A stretch of 64,000 nt of DNA, from contig JAFTYO010000052.1 in NCBI GenBank assembly GCA_017464685.1, forward strand, positions 1,251 to 65,250. The letters are read 5' to 3'. This document shows, in pieces, positions 39,325 to 51,486 of the stretch. Source of the DNA: Alphaproteobacteria bacterium. GTDB taxonomy: Bacteria > Pseudomonadota > Alphaproteobacteria > RF32 > CAG-239. Every line of letters begins with the position of its first letter. Within the stretch, counting starts at the first letter, position 1. The translations under genes were made by a program, and so were the position numbers. Below the pieces are notes generated by a model. That model saw nothing but the letters and a program-made list of their open reading frames with translations. It was not told where the DNA came from and did not search any database.

Positions 39325-39691
39325 TTATTCCTCGCACACGGTATAATTTACAAGCATCTTTAGCATTCCTGTATACACCACTTTTAGCTCTTTGTCTACC
39401 GGTTTTGTTAACCGCTTTGTCATGAGCTTTATCTTTTAGAGCAGCTTTTTTAGATAATCCTTTCCATATCTGATTATAATAATAATCAAAATTTTCTTTT
39501 GCATTACCTAATTTTTTAGCAACTCTTTCACCTGTAACGCCTCTTGAAGTTGCTTCATAATTTGCTTTACAGTGGAAATAATCATCTCCTTTAACTGTAT
39601 TATCTCTTTTCATATCCCAATAGTTTCTATTTAGGTCTTGAACAGCTAAAATAGTTTCTTTCAATTTATTTAATTTACTTTTTCTAGGCAT
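39311..39691 (-). CDS. Serum amyloid A (SAA) family protein homologue
   Basis: 126 aa. WDMKRDNTVKGDDYFHCKANYEATSRGVTGERVAKKLGNAKEN...DKAVNKTGRQR...RGINDKY aligns by eye with human SAA1 [42 protein letters not shown]...DQAANEWGRSG...AGLPEKY, with 10/16 identical across [16 protein letters not shown]. It has an AT-rich bacterial RBS and promoter context. Confidence 0.7.
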   Translation of the reverse strand: MPRKSKLNKLKETILAVQDLNRNYWDMKRDNTVKGDDYFHCKANYEATSRGVTGERVAKKLGNAKENFDYYYNQIWKGLSKKAALKDKAHDKAVNKTGRQRAKSGVYRNAKDACKLYRVRGINDKY

Positions 39692-39862
39692 ATTTTTTTC
39701 CTTTCTTATTAAAAAGTTAACACAATGATAGCGCTATCATTATATTATATAGGGTAGCAATATATTAAAATCAATATATTTAAATGAAAAATATTATATT
39801 AATTTTACAACCATGTGATAACGGGCAAAAAAAGAGTGCTTTAACACTTTAAAGCACTCTTT
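39689..39862 (-). repeat. Copy A of a roughly 172-bp duplicated expression cassette (terminator, promoter, 18-bp palindromic operator, RBS)
   Basis: About 90% identical to 40480-40651, with a perfectly identical 66-nt core (39746-39811 = 40536-40601). It contains the palindrome AATGATAGCGCTATCATT (39724-39741), a minus-strand TTGATT-17-TATATA promoter just upstream of it, and a 12-bp-stem terminator at 39833-39860. Confidence 0.85.
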
Positions 39863-39881
39863 TTATCAGATTGAATTTTGT

Positions 39882-40145
39882 TTACTCCAAAATAAAAATG
39901 TAGCTTAATATCCAAGCAACAAAGTATAACATAAAATAGAAAACATATCGATTAGATATTTTATCTTTTATTTTCCCCTGATAAAAACAAGGAAACAAAA
40001 TATAAATCAGGACATATATTACACCAAACAAACCCATAAAATCGGTGTAATCAGCTTTCAATAAAATTGCTGTTAAAAAACTTAAAATCGGCGGAACTAA
40101 ATATATTCCTGCAACAAAAAATCCTATTTTCTTAAAATTAATCAT
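39882..40145 (-). CDS. Small multi-TM membrane protein (87 aa)
   Basis: Start moved to ATG 40145 (GAGAGG RBS): MINFKKIGFFVAGIYLVPPILSF... There are three hydrophobic segments. Confidence 0.55.
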   Translation of the reverse strand: MINFKKIGFFVAGIYLVPPILSFLTAILLKADYTDFMGLFGVIYVLIYILFPCFYQGKIKDKISNRYVFYFMLYFVAWILSYIFILE

Positions 40146-40227
40146 CAAAACCTCTCTATTAGTTATTATCAAAAAAAACAAGCAAAAGCAATATAATTAT
40201 TGCCTTTGCCGTTTTTTTATTTTTACA

Positions 40228-40482
40228 TCAATATGTTCCTGTTTTTCTGTATTTCCTCCTTACATTGTTACCAACAGATTTACAATAATCCAAACTATTA
40301 TGTGGATTCTGCAAACAGTTGATGGTTTCTCTTTCTCCAACATTTAAATCAGAGATACCGAACAATCTACGATTCATACGTTCATAGGGCTCAATTACTT
40401 TTTCAGCCACTTTGTTAGCCACTCTGTTTTTGGTTCTTTTAAGGGCATATTTTGCTACCTTAGTCACTATTTTATTTACCAT
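40228..40482 (-). CDS. Small basic protein (84 aa), hypothetical
   Basis: ATG 40482 occupies the same position in repeat copy B as the SAA-like ATG does in copy A. Sequence MVNKIVTKVAKYALKRTKNRVANKV...NCLQNPHNSLDYCKSVGNNVRRKYRKTGTY. The track's longer ORF would start inside the operator palindrome. Confidence 0.55.
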   Translation of the reverse strand: MVNKIVTKVAKYALKRTKNRVANKVAEKVIEPYERMNRRLFGISDLNVGERETINCLQNPHNSLDYCKSVGNNVRRKYRKTGTY

Positions 40483-40651
40483 ATTTTTTTCCTTTCTTAT
40501 TAAAATTAACAAAAATGATAGCGCTATCATTATAATATATAGGGTAGCAATATATTAAAATCAATATATTTAAATGAAAAATATTATATTAATTTTACAA
40601 CTATATGATAATAAGCAAAAAAAAGAGTGCTTTTATTTTAAAAGCACTCTC
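40480..40651 (-). repeat. Copy B of the duplicated expression cassette
   Basis: Palindrome AATGATAGCGCTATCATT at 40514-40531. The terminator AGAGTGCTTTT-N5-AAAAGCACTCT (40624-40650) also ends gyrB. Confidence 0.85.
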
Positions 40652-40675
40652 GTAAATTTGAAAATAAATAAAAGA

Positions 40676-43117
<2,442 letters not shown>

Positions 43118-43316
43118 TTATGCCTCTGTTTTTATAGTTTATATCTTGCAGAAATATACACCAAAGCACAAAAATAACCAAGACTTAATTTCAAGATATC
43201 AACGATTTTCACAACAAACAAACCGTTTTTTCCAAACTTTTAAAATACCCTCTTGTAAGTAAACGAAAAATATGATATATAACGGGTAACAGGTTTTTAG
43301 AGGATATTGATTTGTT

Positions 43317-43676
43317 ATGATAATCAACAGTAACGACAGTTCGCAAAGAAATATTTTAACAAATAAATGTTACTATCAGACCACTGCTCAAATTATGCAC
43401 GATTTTGAGCAGAAGGGTTATGCCAACTCGGCTGATGAAACTGCAAAGGTTATTGCCGCTTATCACAATATGGTGCAAAAAAAATCCAAAAACACCTACA
43501 ATAAAGACTATAACGAGGCTTTTACCAAAATTGACAGCGCCATAAAAAGTATGGCTAACAAGGTTTTCTATACCTTTGATAAAAAAAGTTTTGATATAGC
43601 TTATAAATCTTTTCAAGAGTTTGATTATATCAATGCCATTATCGGTCGTCAGCGTATGAAAAAAAATAAATTTTAA
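43317..43676 (+). CDS. Hypothetical protein (119 aa)
   Basis: ORF only; no recognisable motifs. Confidence 0.4.
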   Translation: MIINSNDSSQRNILTNKCYYQTTAQIMHDFEQKGYANSADETAKVIAAYHNMVQKKSKNTYNKDYNEAFTKIDSAIKSMANKVFYTFDKKSFDIAYKSFQEFDYINAIIGRQRMKKNKF

Positions 43677-43769
43677 CCTCGGTTGTTGACTGTTTGTTGT
43701 TTATCATTGAAAATATAACTCGATACATATAAAATTTTGCCATAATTTAACTAATTTATGAGGTATCTT

Positions 43770-44747
43770 ATGAAACAAATGTCAGTTATCGGTTGTGGAA
43801 GATGGGGAACATTTTTAGCTTGGTATGCCGCCAACTACTGCATTGATAGTGTGATTATGTATGATATTCCGACATCACCTAATTTTATTGAACTTAACGA
43901 AACCAGAAAAAACTCTTATCTTTCTTTGAGCGATAATATGGTTTTAACTCCGGATATTGAAAAAATCTTAAAAAATGACAACATCATTATTTCCATCGGT
44001 TGTCAGCATTTAAGAACTTTGGCTAAACAACTGAACGGTTATGATTTGAACGGAAAATCGTTTTTGCTTGCCATGAAAGGCTTGGAAGAACCGAGCGCAA
44101 AAATATTGGTTGATGTGTTTAAAGAAGAAATAAAACAAAATATTAAAGTTGCTTGTTTGGGCGGCCCCGGTCATGTACAAGATTATATGAAAAAAGTACC
44201 CTCTTGTGCAGTTATTGATAGTTATGAAGAAAATACAAAAGATGAATGGATTAAACTTTTGCAAAGTGATTTAATCAGATTTTATTACGGAAATGATGTA
44301 ATCGGCAACCAAATCGGTGCAGCTTTGAAAAATGTTATAGGTATTGCTGCCGGTGTTTTAGACGGTTTAGAGTGGTATGGCTTAAAAGGTGCTCTAATGG
44401 CAAGAGCTCCGGTTGAAGTTGGCCGTTTAATTAAGCATTTCGGCGGAAATCCTTTTACCGCATATGGTTTAGCTCATCTGGGAGATTATGAGGCCACCTT
44501 GTTTTCCAAACATTCTCACAACCGCACATATGGTGAAATGTTTGCAAAAGGTGAAAGATTCGGTAAACTTGCTGAAGGTGTTGCCACCTTAAAAGCCGTA
44601 AAATTAATTGCCGATAAAGAAAATATTGATATGCCGATATGTCAGGCTCTTTATAAAGTTATTTACGAAGACGCAGATATAAAATCAACTATCAGAGCAA
44701 TGTTTGACAGAGGCTTGAAAAAAGAGTTTGATTATGTTTGTGCATAG
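43770..44747 (+). CDS. gpsA: NAD(P)H-dependent glycerol-3-phosphate dehydrogenase
   Basis: Motifs MSVIGCGRWGT (Rossmann fold), GPGHVQD and GAALKNVIGIAAG. ATG 43770 has GAGG 6 nt upstream. Confidence 0.85.
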   Translation: MKQMSVIGCGRWGTFLAWYAANYCIDSVIMYDIPTSPNFIELNETRKNSYLSLSDNMVLTPDIEKILKNDNIIISIGCQHLRTLAKQLNGYDLNGKSFLLAMKGLEEPSAKILVDVFKEEIKQNIKVACLGGPGHVQDYMKKVPSCAVIDSYEENTKDEWIKLLQSDLIRFYYGNDVIGNQIGAALKNVIGIAAGVLDGLEWYGLKGALMARAPVEVGRLIKHFGGNPFTAYGLAHLGDYEATLFSKHSHNRTYGEMFAKGERFGKLAEGVATLKAVKLIADKENIDMPICQALYKVIYEDADIKSTIRAMFDRGLKKEFDYVCA

Positions 44748-44798
44748 ATTTATTTAATAAAACAAAAAAAGGAGCCCTAAAACAGCTCCTTTAATTTT

Positions 44799-45530
44799 TT
44801 AGAATTCCTCGTAGACCAGAGTGTCATCCCTTAAGTTAAACATTGAAACTTTATCACCTTCACTTGCGTTGAGTGCAACAAAAGCTTCTCTTGTACGAGG
44901 TATAATTGCCGGCACTCCGCAGTTGATGTCACAGAACAGCCAGCCCTTGTTGACTTCGCCGGACTGCACATCCGGAATTCCTACAGGTGTTGCGAACACA
45001 TAATATGTTCTGTCTTTAAGAAAATAGCCGCAAGACTTTTTCTTGAAAGTCACCTTGTAGAGCCGAGGAAGCGAATCTTTCGGAGCAAAATCAAGAAGAT
45101 TTTTCTGTCTCCTGATGTGCTCAAACATCTCTGCCACACACTTTCTGTTGCGACATTCCCCATCAGCTAGAATCAGCATCACTCTGTCGCCATCTCGCTG
45201 ATAAATTGCCGACTCCGACAACACCACATCATCTGCATACTTTTCAGCGTCTGGTTCATACAGAGAGTAAATCTGCCCGAAACCACGAGAAGACATAAAG
45301 TCATCTTTCTGATGCGGGAGGAAGTTCTGCATAAAGAGCAAATCCTTGCCACACCTCAAGAATGTTCTTCCGTTGTTTTTCTTGTACTTGCTGACACCAA
45401 CCACAAACAAGAAACCGTTAGGTACCTGTTGTGAGTTTGCCATCATGTTGAATTTTTCTGGCGAAATCGCTTCAAAATCCGCCAAGGAAGAAGTTACATT
45501 GCTTTTCTTCCCGCCTATTAAGATTCCCAT
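44799..45530 (-). CDS. Hypothetical protein (243 aa), compositionally atypical
   Basis: Clean ORF. Hand counts on six 60-nt lines gave 35-55% G+C, versus about 30% in the flanking lines. No family recognised. Confidence 0.55.
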   Translation of the reverse strand: MGILIGGKKSNVTSSLADFEAISPEKFNMMANSQQVPNGFLFVVGVSKYKKNNGRTFLRCGKDLLFMQNFLPHQKDDFMSSRGFGQIYSLYEPDAEKYADDVVLSESAIYQRDGDRVMLILADGECRNRKCVAEMFEHIRRQKNLLDFAPKDSLPRLYKVTFKKKSCGYFLKDRTYYVFATPVGIPDVQSGEVNKGWLFCDINCGVPAIIPRTREAFVALNASEGDKVSMFNLRDDTLVYEEF

Positions 45531-45603
45531 ATGTATATAAAAATTATAAGGTTTATGTCTGGAATATAAGCCATATTTAAATATTTGTCAATATCAAGTT
45601 TGA

Positions 45604-47376
45604 TTATTTTTCAAAAGATGCTTTTATGTGTTTGCGTTGTTCATCAAGTGTAAAATCTGCCGGAATATTGAGTTGCGGCGCAATGGCTTTTATAATGTTT
45701 CCGCCTGTCGGAGCCGCATTCCAACCTGATGTAACAAAGCCGAATGTATCATCACCTTTGGGTTCATCTAAAACCACCAACAGTGAATATTTAGGCGAAT
45801 CGGCCGGAAATGCCGATAAAAATGAAGTCATAACCTTTTTTTGTACATAACGACCATTTACAAGTTTATTTGCCGTACCGGTTTTACCGATTACCTGATA
45901 ACCATCAATATTGGCACTTTTTGCCGAACCTTTAACCACTACATCTCTTAATAAAGGTATCATTTTTTTAGATGTATTCTCAGATATAACTCTTCGAGGA
46001 GATGGTACATTCGAACTCTTAATTATGGTAGGATAATAGTATATTCCGCCATTAATCATGGCATTAAAAGCAGATATAATATGCAAAGGAGTAGCTGACA
46101 AACTATATCCGTATGAAACTGCCGCCATAGTGTGTTCATGCCAATCTTTTTGAGCAGGAAACAAAGGCTTTGCTTTTTCATAAACTTCAAACTCACTTAG
46201 TTTTTCAGAAAATCCGAGATTTAGCAAAAATTCTCGTTGCTTTTCTTTTCCGACACGAAGTATGATTTGTGCCGAACCGATATTTGATGAATGTATCAAA
46301 ATTTCACCCACTGACAACCACCTATTTTCACCACGATAATCGCTAACCGTGATTCCTTTAAGTTTAAGAGGCTCAGTTGCATCAAACTTATCGCTCACTT
46401 TTATTTTTTTACTTTCCAATCCGAGTGCAGTGTTAAAAGTTTTGAAAACAGAACCTGCTTCATAAACACCTTGAGTGGCAAAATTAAACATCGCTCTATC
46501 ACCAACCGGAATTTTTATATTCGGATTATAATCGGGCAAAGATACCATAGATATAACTTCACCATTTGTTGTATCCATTAATATTGCCGTTGCTCCCAAG
46601 GCTTTATATTTTACAATTGCTTTGCCAAGTTCTTCCCTTATTGTATCTTGAACTGTAGTATTAATTGTCAATTGCAATGCCTTGGTAGATTGTGTCAAGC
46701 GGTTATGCATAGATTTTTCTATCCCGCTAATTCCAAAATTATCAATATCCGTATAACCAATGATATGTGAAAATAAATTATCGTGAGGATATATGCGAGC
46801 TTGGCTCTTTACAAATTCCAGCGCCGGAATACCAAGATTGTTTACCGCCGCCTGTTGTGCCGGAGATAAATTGCGTTTAATGTCGTTATATCTCTGCTTT
46901 TTCAGTTTTTTTAATATTGTTTCATAATCTTCATCAGGAAATATGTATGCAAGTTTTTGTGCCAATTTTTCCGGATCTTTAATTTTCGGTTTCGGCGCAA
47001 CTTGCAAATTAACGGTTGGAAGGGATGTTGCTATAATTGTTCCGTTTATATCAACTATATCAGCTCTCGAAACCGGTGCTATAACAGTAATGTTTTCTCT
47101 ATTTATATCTTCAAATCCCGAGATAACTATTCCACTTGAAAGACACGCATAAAATATTTTGACTACAATAATCAGGTAACATAACAAAAATGCAGCTATA
47201 GCATATGGCATACGCTGTTTACATGTCAAAATAGATTGACTATCCAAATTTTCTGTAAAAAAAATCTGCCCTCCGGAAACCTTTTTCTCCCTTCCGGATA
47301 GTAAATAAGATTTACTTTTTTTAGAAATATTTGCTTCTAACAATTTTATCTCACTATTCGCGTTCTGCTCTGACAA
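45604..47376 (-). CDS. ftsI: Penicillin-binding protein 3 / FtsI-type transpeptidase
   Basis: N-terminal TM segment. Motifs SVFK (SxxK), HSSNIG (SxN) and KTGT. It sits in the dcw cluster. Confidence 0.9.
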   Translation of the reverse strand: MSEQNANSEIKLLEANISKKSKSYLLSGREKKVSGGQIFFTENLDSQSILTCKQRMPYAIAAFLLCYLIIVVKIFYACLSSGIVISGFEDINRENITVIAPVSRADIVDINGTIIATSLPTVNLQVAPKPKIKDPEKLAQKLAYIFPDEDYETILKKLKKQRYNDIKRNLSPAQQAAVNNLGIPALEFVKSQARIYPHDNLFSHIIGYTDIDNFGISGIEKSMHNRLTQSTKALQLTINTTVQDTIREELGKAIVKYKALGATAILMDTTNGEVISMVSLPDYNPNIKIPVGDRAMFNFATQGVYEAGSVFKTFNTALGLESKKIKVSDKFDATEPLKLKGITVSDYRGENRWLSVGEILIHSSNIGSAQIILRVGKEKQREFLLNLGFSEKLSEFEVYEKAKPLFPAQKDWHEHTMAAVSYGYSLSATPLHIISAFNAMINGGIYYYPTIIKSSNVPSPRRVISENTSKKMIPLLRDVVVKGSAKSANIDGYQVIGKTGTANKLVNGRYVQKKVMTSFLSAFPADSPKYSLLVVLDEPKGDDTFGFVTSGWNAAPTGGNIIKAIAPQLNIPADFTLDEQRKHIKASFEK

Positions 47377-47722
47377 GTTGTTTATATTGCTTTTTATTTA
47401 TACCAGCAATAGCAACATTCTTATCCGATGCTTTTTCATACCTAAATGGTAACGCAGAATAGTTAATAATTTGTTCAGCTCTAACATTATTTAAAAAAAT
47501 ATGTTCAGAGGCCAATTTTCTCAATCGTTGCGGATTATTGAGTTGACTCCATTGAGCTTTTAACACCTGAATATTTTGCGCATCTGATTGTATCTCTTTG
47601 TTAATGCGAGATAACTCATTTTCAAGCTCGTGAACTTGATTTTTTAGAATAAAAGAACCGAAAATAACAACACAAGTCAATGTTGTCCATAATATACTTA
47701 TAGCAGCTTTAGTATTAATCAT
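47354..47722 (-). CDS. ftsL: Cell division protein FtsL
   Basis: 122 aa with one TM segment plus a coiled coil (LENELSRINKEIQSDAQNIQVLKAQWSQLNNPQRL). Positioned between rsmH and ftsI. Confidence 0.7.
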   Translation of the reverse strand: MINTKAAISILWTTLTCVVIFGSFILKNQVHELENELSRINKEIQSDAQNIQVLKAQWSQLNNPQRLRKLASEHIFLNNVRAEQIINYSALPFRYEKASDKNVAIAGINKKQYKQLVRAERE

Positions 47723-48647
47723 TATTCACTCCTTTTGCTTTTATGGCATATCTGAGCTTTGCCGATCGAGATCTTAAATTTGATTTGCATTCCTCATCTG
47801 TAGGTAAAATAGCTTTAGATACGACATCAAAAATTACATCAGTATTATTTTTAATTTGCGGCATATAACGAGATACACCTTCTGTTTTGCCTGATTTTTC
47901 GTTAAAAAACTTTTTAACGATTCGGTCTTCAAGCGAGTGAAAATCAACTACTACTAACCGACCTTGTTCCTTTAACAAATCGGCAGCAGATTCTAAACCG
48001 TTTTTCAGCTCATTTAACTCTTCGTTTACGGCAATGCGTAAAGCTTGAAAAGTTCGAGTTGCTGGGTTGATTTGTCCGAAATTCTTATGAATAATGCTAT
48101 AAATAATTTCAGCCAACTCGGTGGTTGTCTCAATCGGTTTTGTTTTTCTGTATTCAACAATTTTACGAGCAATTTGACGAGATTTTCTTTCTTCACCGTA
48201 AGTGTAAATAATGTCGGCAAGCTCTTTTTCTTCGGCATTATTTACGATATCTGCCGCACTTATTCCGCTTAACGACATACGCATATCAAGAGGAGCCTCT
48301 TTGGAAAAAGAAAAACCTCGATCGGCCTCATCAAGTTGCATTGAAGATACTCCGATATCAAAAACAAAACCATCAACCGATTCGGAAATCAAATTTTTGA
48401 TATCCCCGAAACGGCCGGATACAAATTCAAAACGTTCGGAGTATTTGTCTTTTATTTCCTGAGCCCTTTTTATAACGGTAGGGTCTCTGTCAATGGCAAT
48501 AACTTTGCAATTCGCCGATTCTAAAATTGCCGTTGTGTATCCGCCGTTGCCGAATGTCGCATCAACATAAGTCTTGCCGTCCTGAGGGTTTAAATATTTC
48601 AAAACCTCATTTAACATAACCGGAATATGCCTTTGCTTTAAATCCAT
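47715..48647 (-). CDS. rsmH: 16S rRNA (cytosine1402-N4)-methyltransferase RsmH (MraW)
   Basis: Motifs HIPVMLNEV, DATFGNGGYT, DIGVSSMQLD and FHSLEDRIVK. Confidence 0.95.
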   Translation of the reverse strand: MDLKQRHIPVMLNEVLKYLNPQDGKTYVDATFGNGGYTTAILESANCKVIAIDRDPTVIKRAQEIKDKYSERFEFVSGRFGDIKNLISESVDGFVFDIGVSSMQLDEADRGFSFSKEAPLDMRMSLSGISAADIVNNAEEKELADIIYTYGEERKSRQIARKIVEYRKTKPIETTTELAEIIYSIIHKNFGQINPATRTFQALRIAVNEELNELKNGLESAADLLKEQGRLVVVDFHSLEDRIVKKFFNEKSGKTEGVSRYMPQIKNNTDVIFDVVSKAILPTDEECKSNLRSRSAKLRYAIKAKGVNND

Positions 48648-49120
48648 TATTTGTTTTCTCCTGCCTTAGCAGAGTTCAAAATCGGACGATTTTTTAACAC
48701 TTCAGATCTGACACGAGCCTCTTCAAGTTCCCAGTTTTGAGGACTCCAAATTTGAAACTTACGACCTTTACCGACAAAAACGGCAACATCTGTTATATCC
48801 GCATGTTTCAAAAGTTTTTCACTCAAAACAATTCTGCCTGTACTATCAAAAGTAAAACGTTTAGCATCACCAAAAATCAAATTTGTTAAATCATCTTGAG
48901 CTTGAGAAAAAAAGTCAGTTGATGTTTCAATTTCAACAGCCAACTTTTCCAACAAATCTTCAACACACCCCTCAATGCACGGAGCGGTCAAACTGCGATA
49001 ACATACAATTTCAGAATTAAGTTCTTTAACAATGGAGCGATAATCAGCCGGCAAGGAGACACGACCTTTGTTGTCCACCTTATTATAAACTGTATCCAAA
49101 AAGAGAAATGTTTTTCTCAC
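48647..49120 (-). CDS. mraZ: Transcriptional regulator MraZ
   Basis: 157 aa. VDNKGRVSLPADYR plus a second DSTGRIVLSEKL half-domain. It is the first gene of the dcw cluster, with a GTG start. Confidence 0.9.
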   Translation of the reverse strand: MRKTFLFLDTVYNKVDNKGRVSLPADYRSIVKELNSEIVCYRSLTAPCIEGCVEDLLEKLAVEIETSTDFFSQAQDDLTNLIFGDAKRFTFDSTGRIVLSEKLLKHADITDVAVFVGKGRKFQIWSPQNWELEEARVRSEVLKNRPILNSAKAGENK

Positions 49121-49150
49121 TGTTAAACCCCATGAAAGTTAATTAACCAT

Positions 49151-49190
49151 TAATTTATGGTATATCATGGTAATTTATGGGAATCAATGG
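49151..49190. promoter_or_regulatory. Four direct 10-bp repeats ending in ATGG, exactly phased, 31-70 bp upstream of mraZ (candidate MraZ operator)
   Basis: TAATTTATGG TATATCATGG TAATTTATGG GAATCAATGG, read directly from the sequence. Confidence 0.45.
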
Positions 49191-49355
49191 AAAAATTTTA
49201 TCACTTTCTTCAAGGTTCCGACTTTGTTCTTTTAGGCAGCGCTGTAAGTATTGTGTATACTCAATTATAACAACTTAAAAAATAATGAAAAAAAATTAAA
49301 AACATGTGTGTATTTTTTCACACATATGTCTTACTAACCTTCTCTTGGAGAGCCA

Positions 49356-49424
49356 TACCTCAAATTTGATTTAAATCTACAAACAGACTCTTTTTACTTG
49401 CAAAAAAAAAAAACGGTTTATGAT
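49356..49424 (+). promoter_or_regulatory. Second copy of the promoter module: TACCTCAAATTTGATTTA box, TTGCAA -35, A12-containing 15-nt spacer, TATGAT -10
   Basis: -35 at 49398-49403 and -10 at 49419-49424. A-run at 49402-49413 (12 A). Compare 26698-26768. Confidence 0.55.
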
Positions 49425-49495
49425 GTGATGTAGAAAGGCATTTTCAACTACCTTTCTGCTTTAAGTTAAACTATTTTTATAAAGGATTAAAAATT

Positions 49496-49957
49496 ATGAG
49501 AAAATATTTTCTTTTATCTGCCGCAGCTTTGATGATTTCAGGCACCGCAAACGCAACAACAGACTACGCAGAAGTTACTGCAAAAGCCACAATTGAGGTG
49601 GCTGGTACTATTAGTTGTTCCGATATGAATTTTGGAACTATTGTCGTAAAGCAAAATAATGCTGAAACAACGATTAGTTATGGTGACGGCTTGGAATATA
49701 CACACTATGACAAGACATCAATACTATCAGTAACGAATGTAAGTAATAGTTTGTGTAGCACATTATCAACCGAAGATACGGGTGTAGATTATCCTGATAG
49801 CATAGAATTAAAAGCAGATGGAAAAAGCACAAAACTTATTTATTATCCATTGATGGATATAGAGGATGCCCCTATGTTCTATGGAGACCTCGAAATCCCC
49901 GCACAAGTTCAAGCAGGCGAATACACTGGTTCATTTACAGTTACACACACCTACTAA
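49496..49957 (+). CDS. Secreted beta-rich protein, DUF4402/SCPU-like (fimbrial-subunit-like)
   Basis: Has a signal peptide (MRKYFLLSAAALMISGTANA). ATIEVAGTISCSDMNFGTIVV and the C-terminal GEYTGSFTVTHTY resemble DUF4402/spore-coat-U-type proteins as I remember them. Confidence 0.45.
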   Translation: MRKYFLLSAAALMISGTANATTDYAEVTAKATIEVAGTISCSDMNFGTIVVKQNNAETTISYGDGLEYTHYDKTSILSVTNVSNSLCSTLSTEDTGVDYPDSIELKADGKSTKLIYYPLMDIEDAPMFYGDLEIPAQVQAGEYTGSFTVTHTY

Positions 49958-49970
49958 TTCATAAGCCGCA

Positions 49971-49998
49971 AATAAGGGAGCTTAAAGCTCCCTTATTT
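49971..49998. terminator. Bidirectional intrinsic terminator
   Basis: AAATAAGGGAGC-TTAA-GCTCCCTTATTT. Confidence 0.8.
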
Positions 49999-50341
49999 AT
50001 TCTTTTCTTAAATTTGCAGCTGATTGCCACATTTTTTCTATATTATAAAATGCTCTAACTTCGGGCTTAAAGATATGCACAATTACATCAAACGCATCAA
50101 TTAAAACCCAATCAGCTTTTTCCTCACCTTCCATAGATGACTTATAGCCGGATTTTTTCAAATTCTCAAACACTTTTTCGGCAATTGAAGCAACATGTCT
50201 TTGCGAATTACCGCTTGCAACCACCATATATCCGGCAATTGAGGTTTTACCTTTTAAATCAATTACAACTACATCTTCGGCTTTGCCGTCTTCCAAGGTT
50301 GTTTTGACAATCTCCAAAATTTTTTCTTCTGCATTTTCCAT
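49997..50341 (-). CDS. rsfS: Ribosome silencing factor RsfS (iojap-like)
   Basis: 114 aa. Motifs DLKGKTSIAGYMVVASGNSQRHVASIAEKV and DWVLIDAFDVIVHIF. Confidence 0.9.
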   Translation of the reverse strand: MENAEEKILEIVKTTLEDGKAEDVVVIDLKGKTSIAGYMVVASGNSQRHVASIAEKVFENLKKSGYKSSMEGEEKADWVLIDAFDVIVHIFKPEVRAFYNIEKMWQSAANLRKE

Positions 50342-50357
50342 TTTTCATTCTCCTTTT

Positions 50358-51413
<1,056 letters not shown>

Positions 51414-51486
51414 TTACCATATATATTTTGTTAAGTAAAAACAAAGGGGGTAAAGTCTACCCCCTCCGCCTGAAATATTATCCAAA

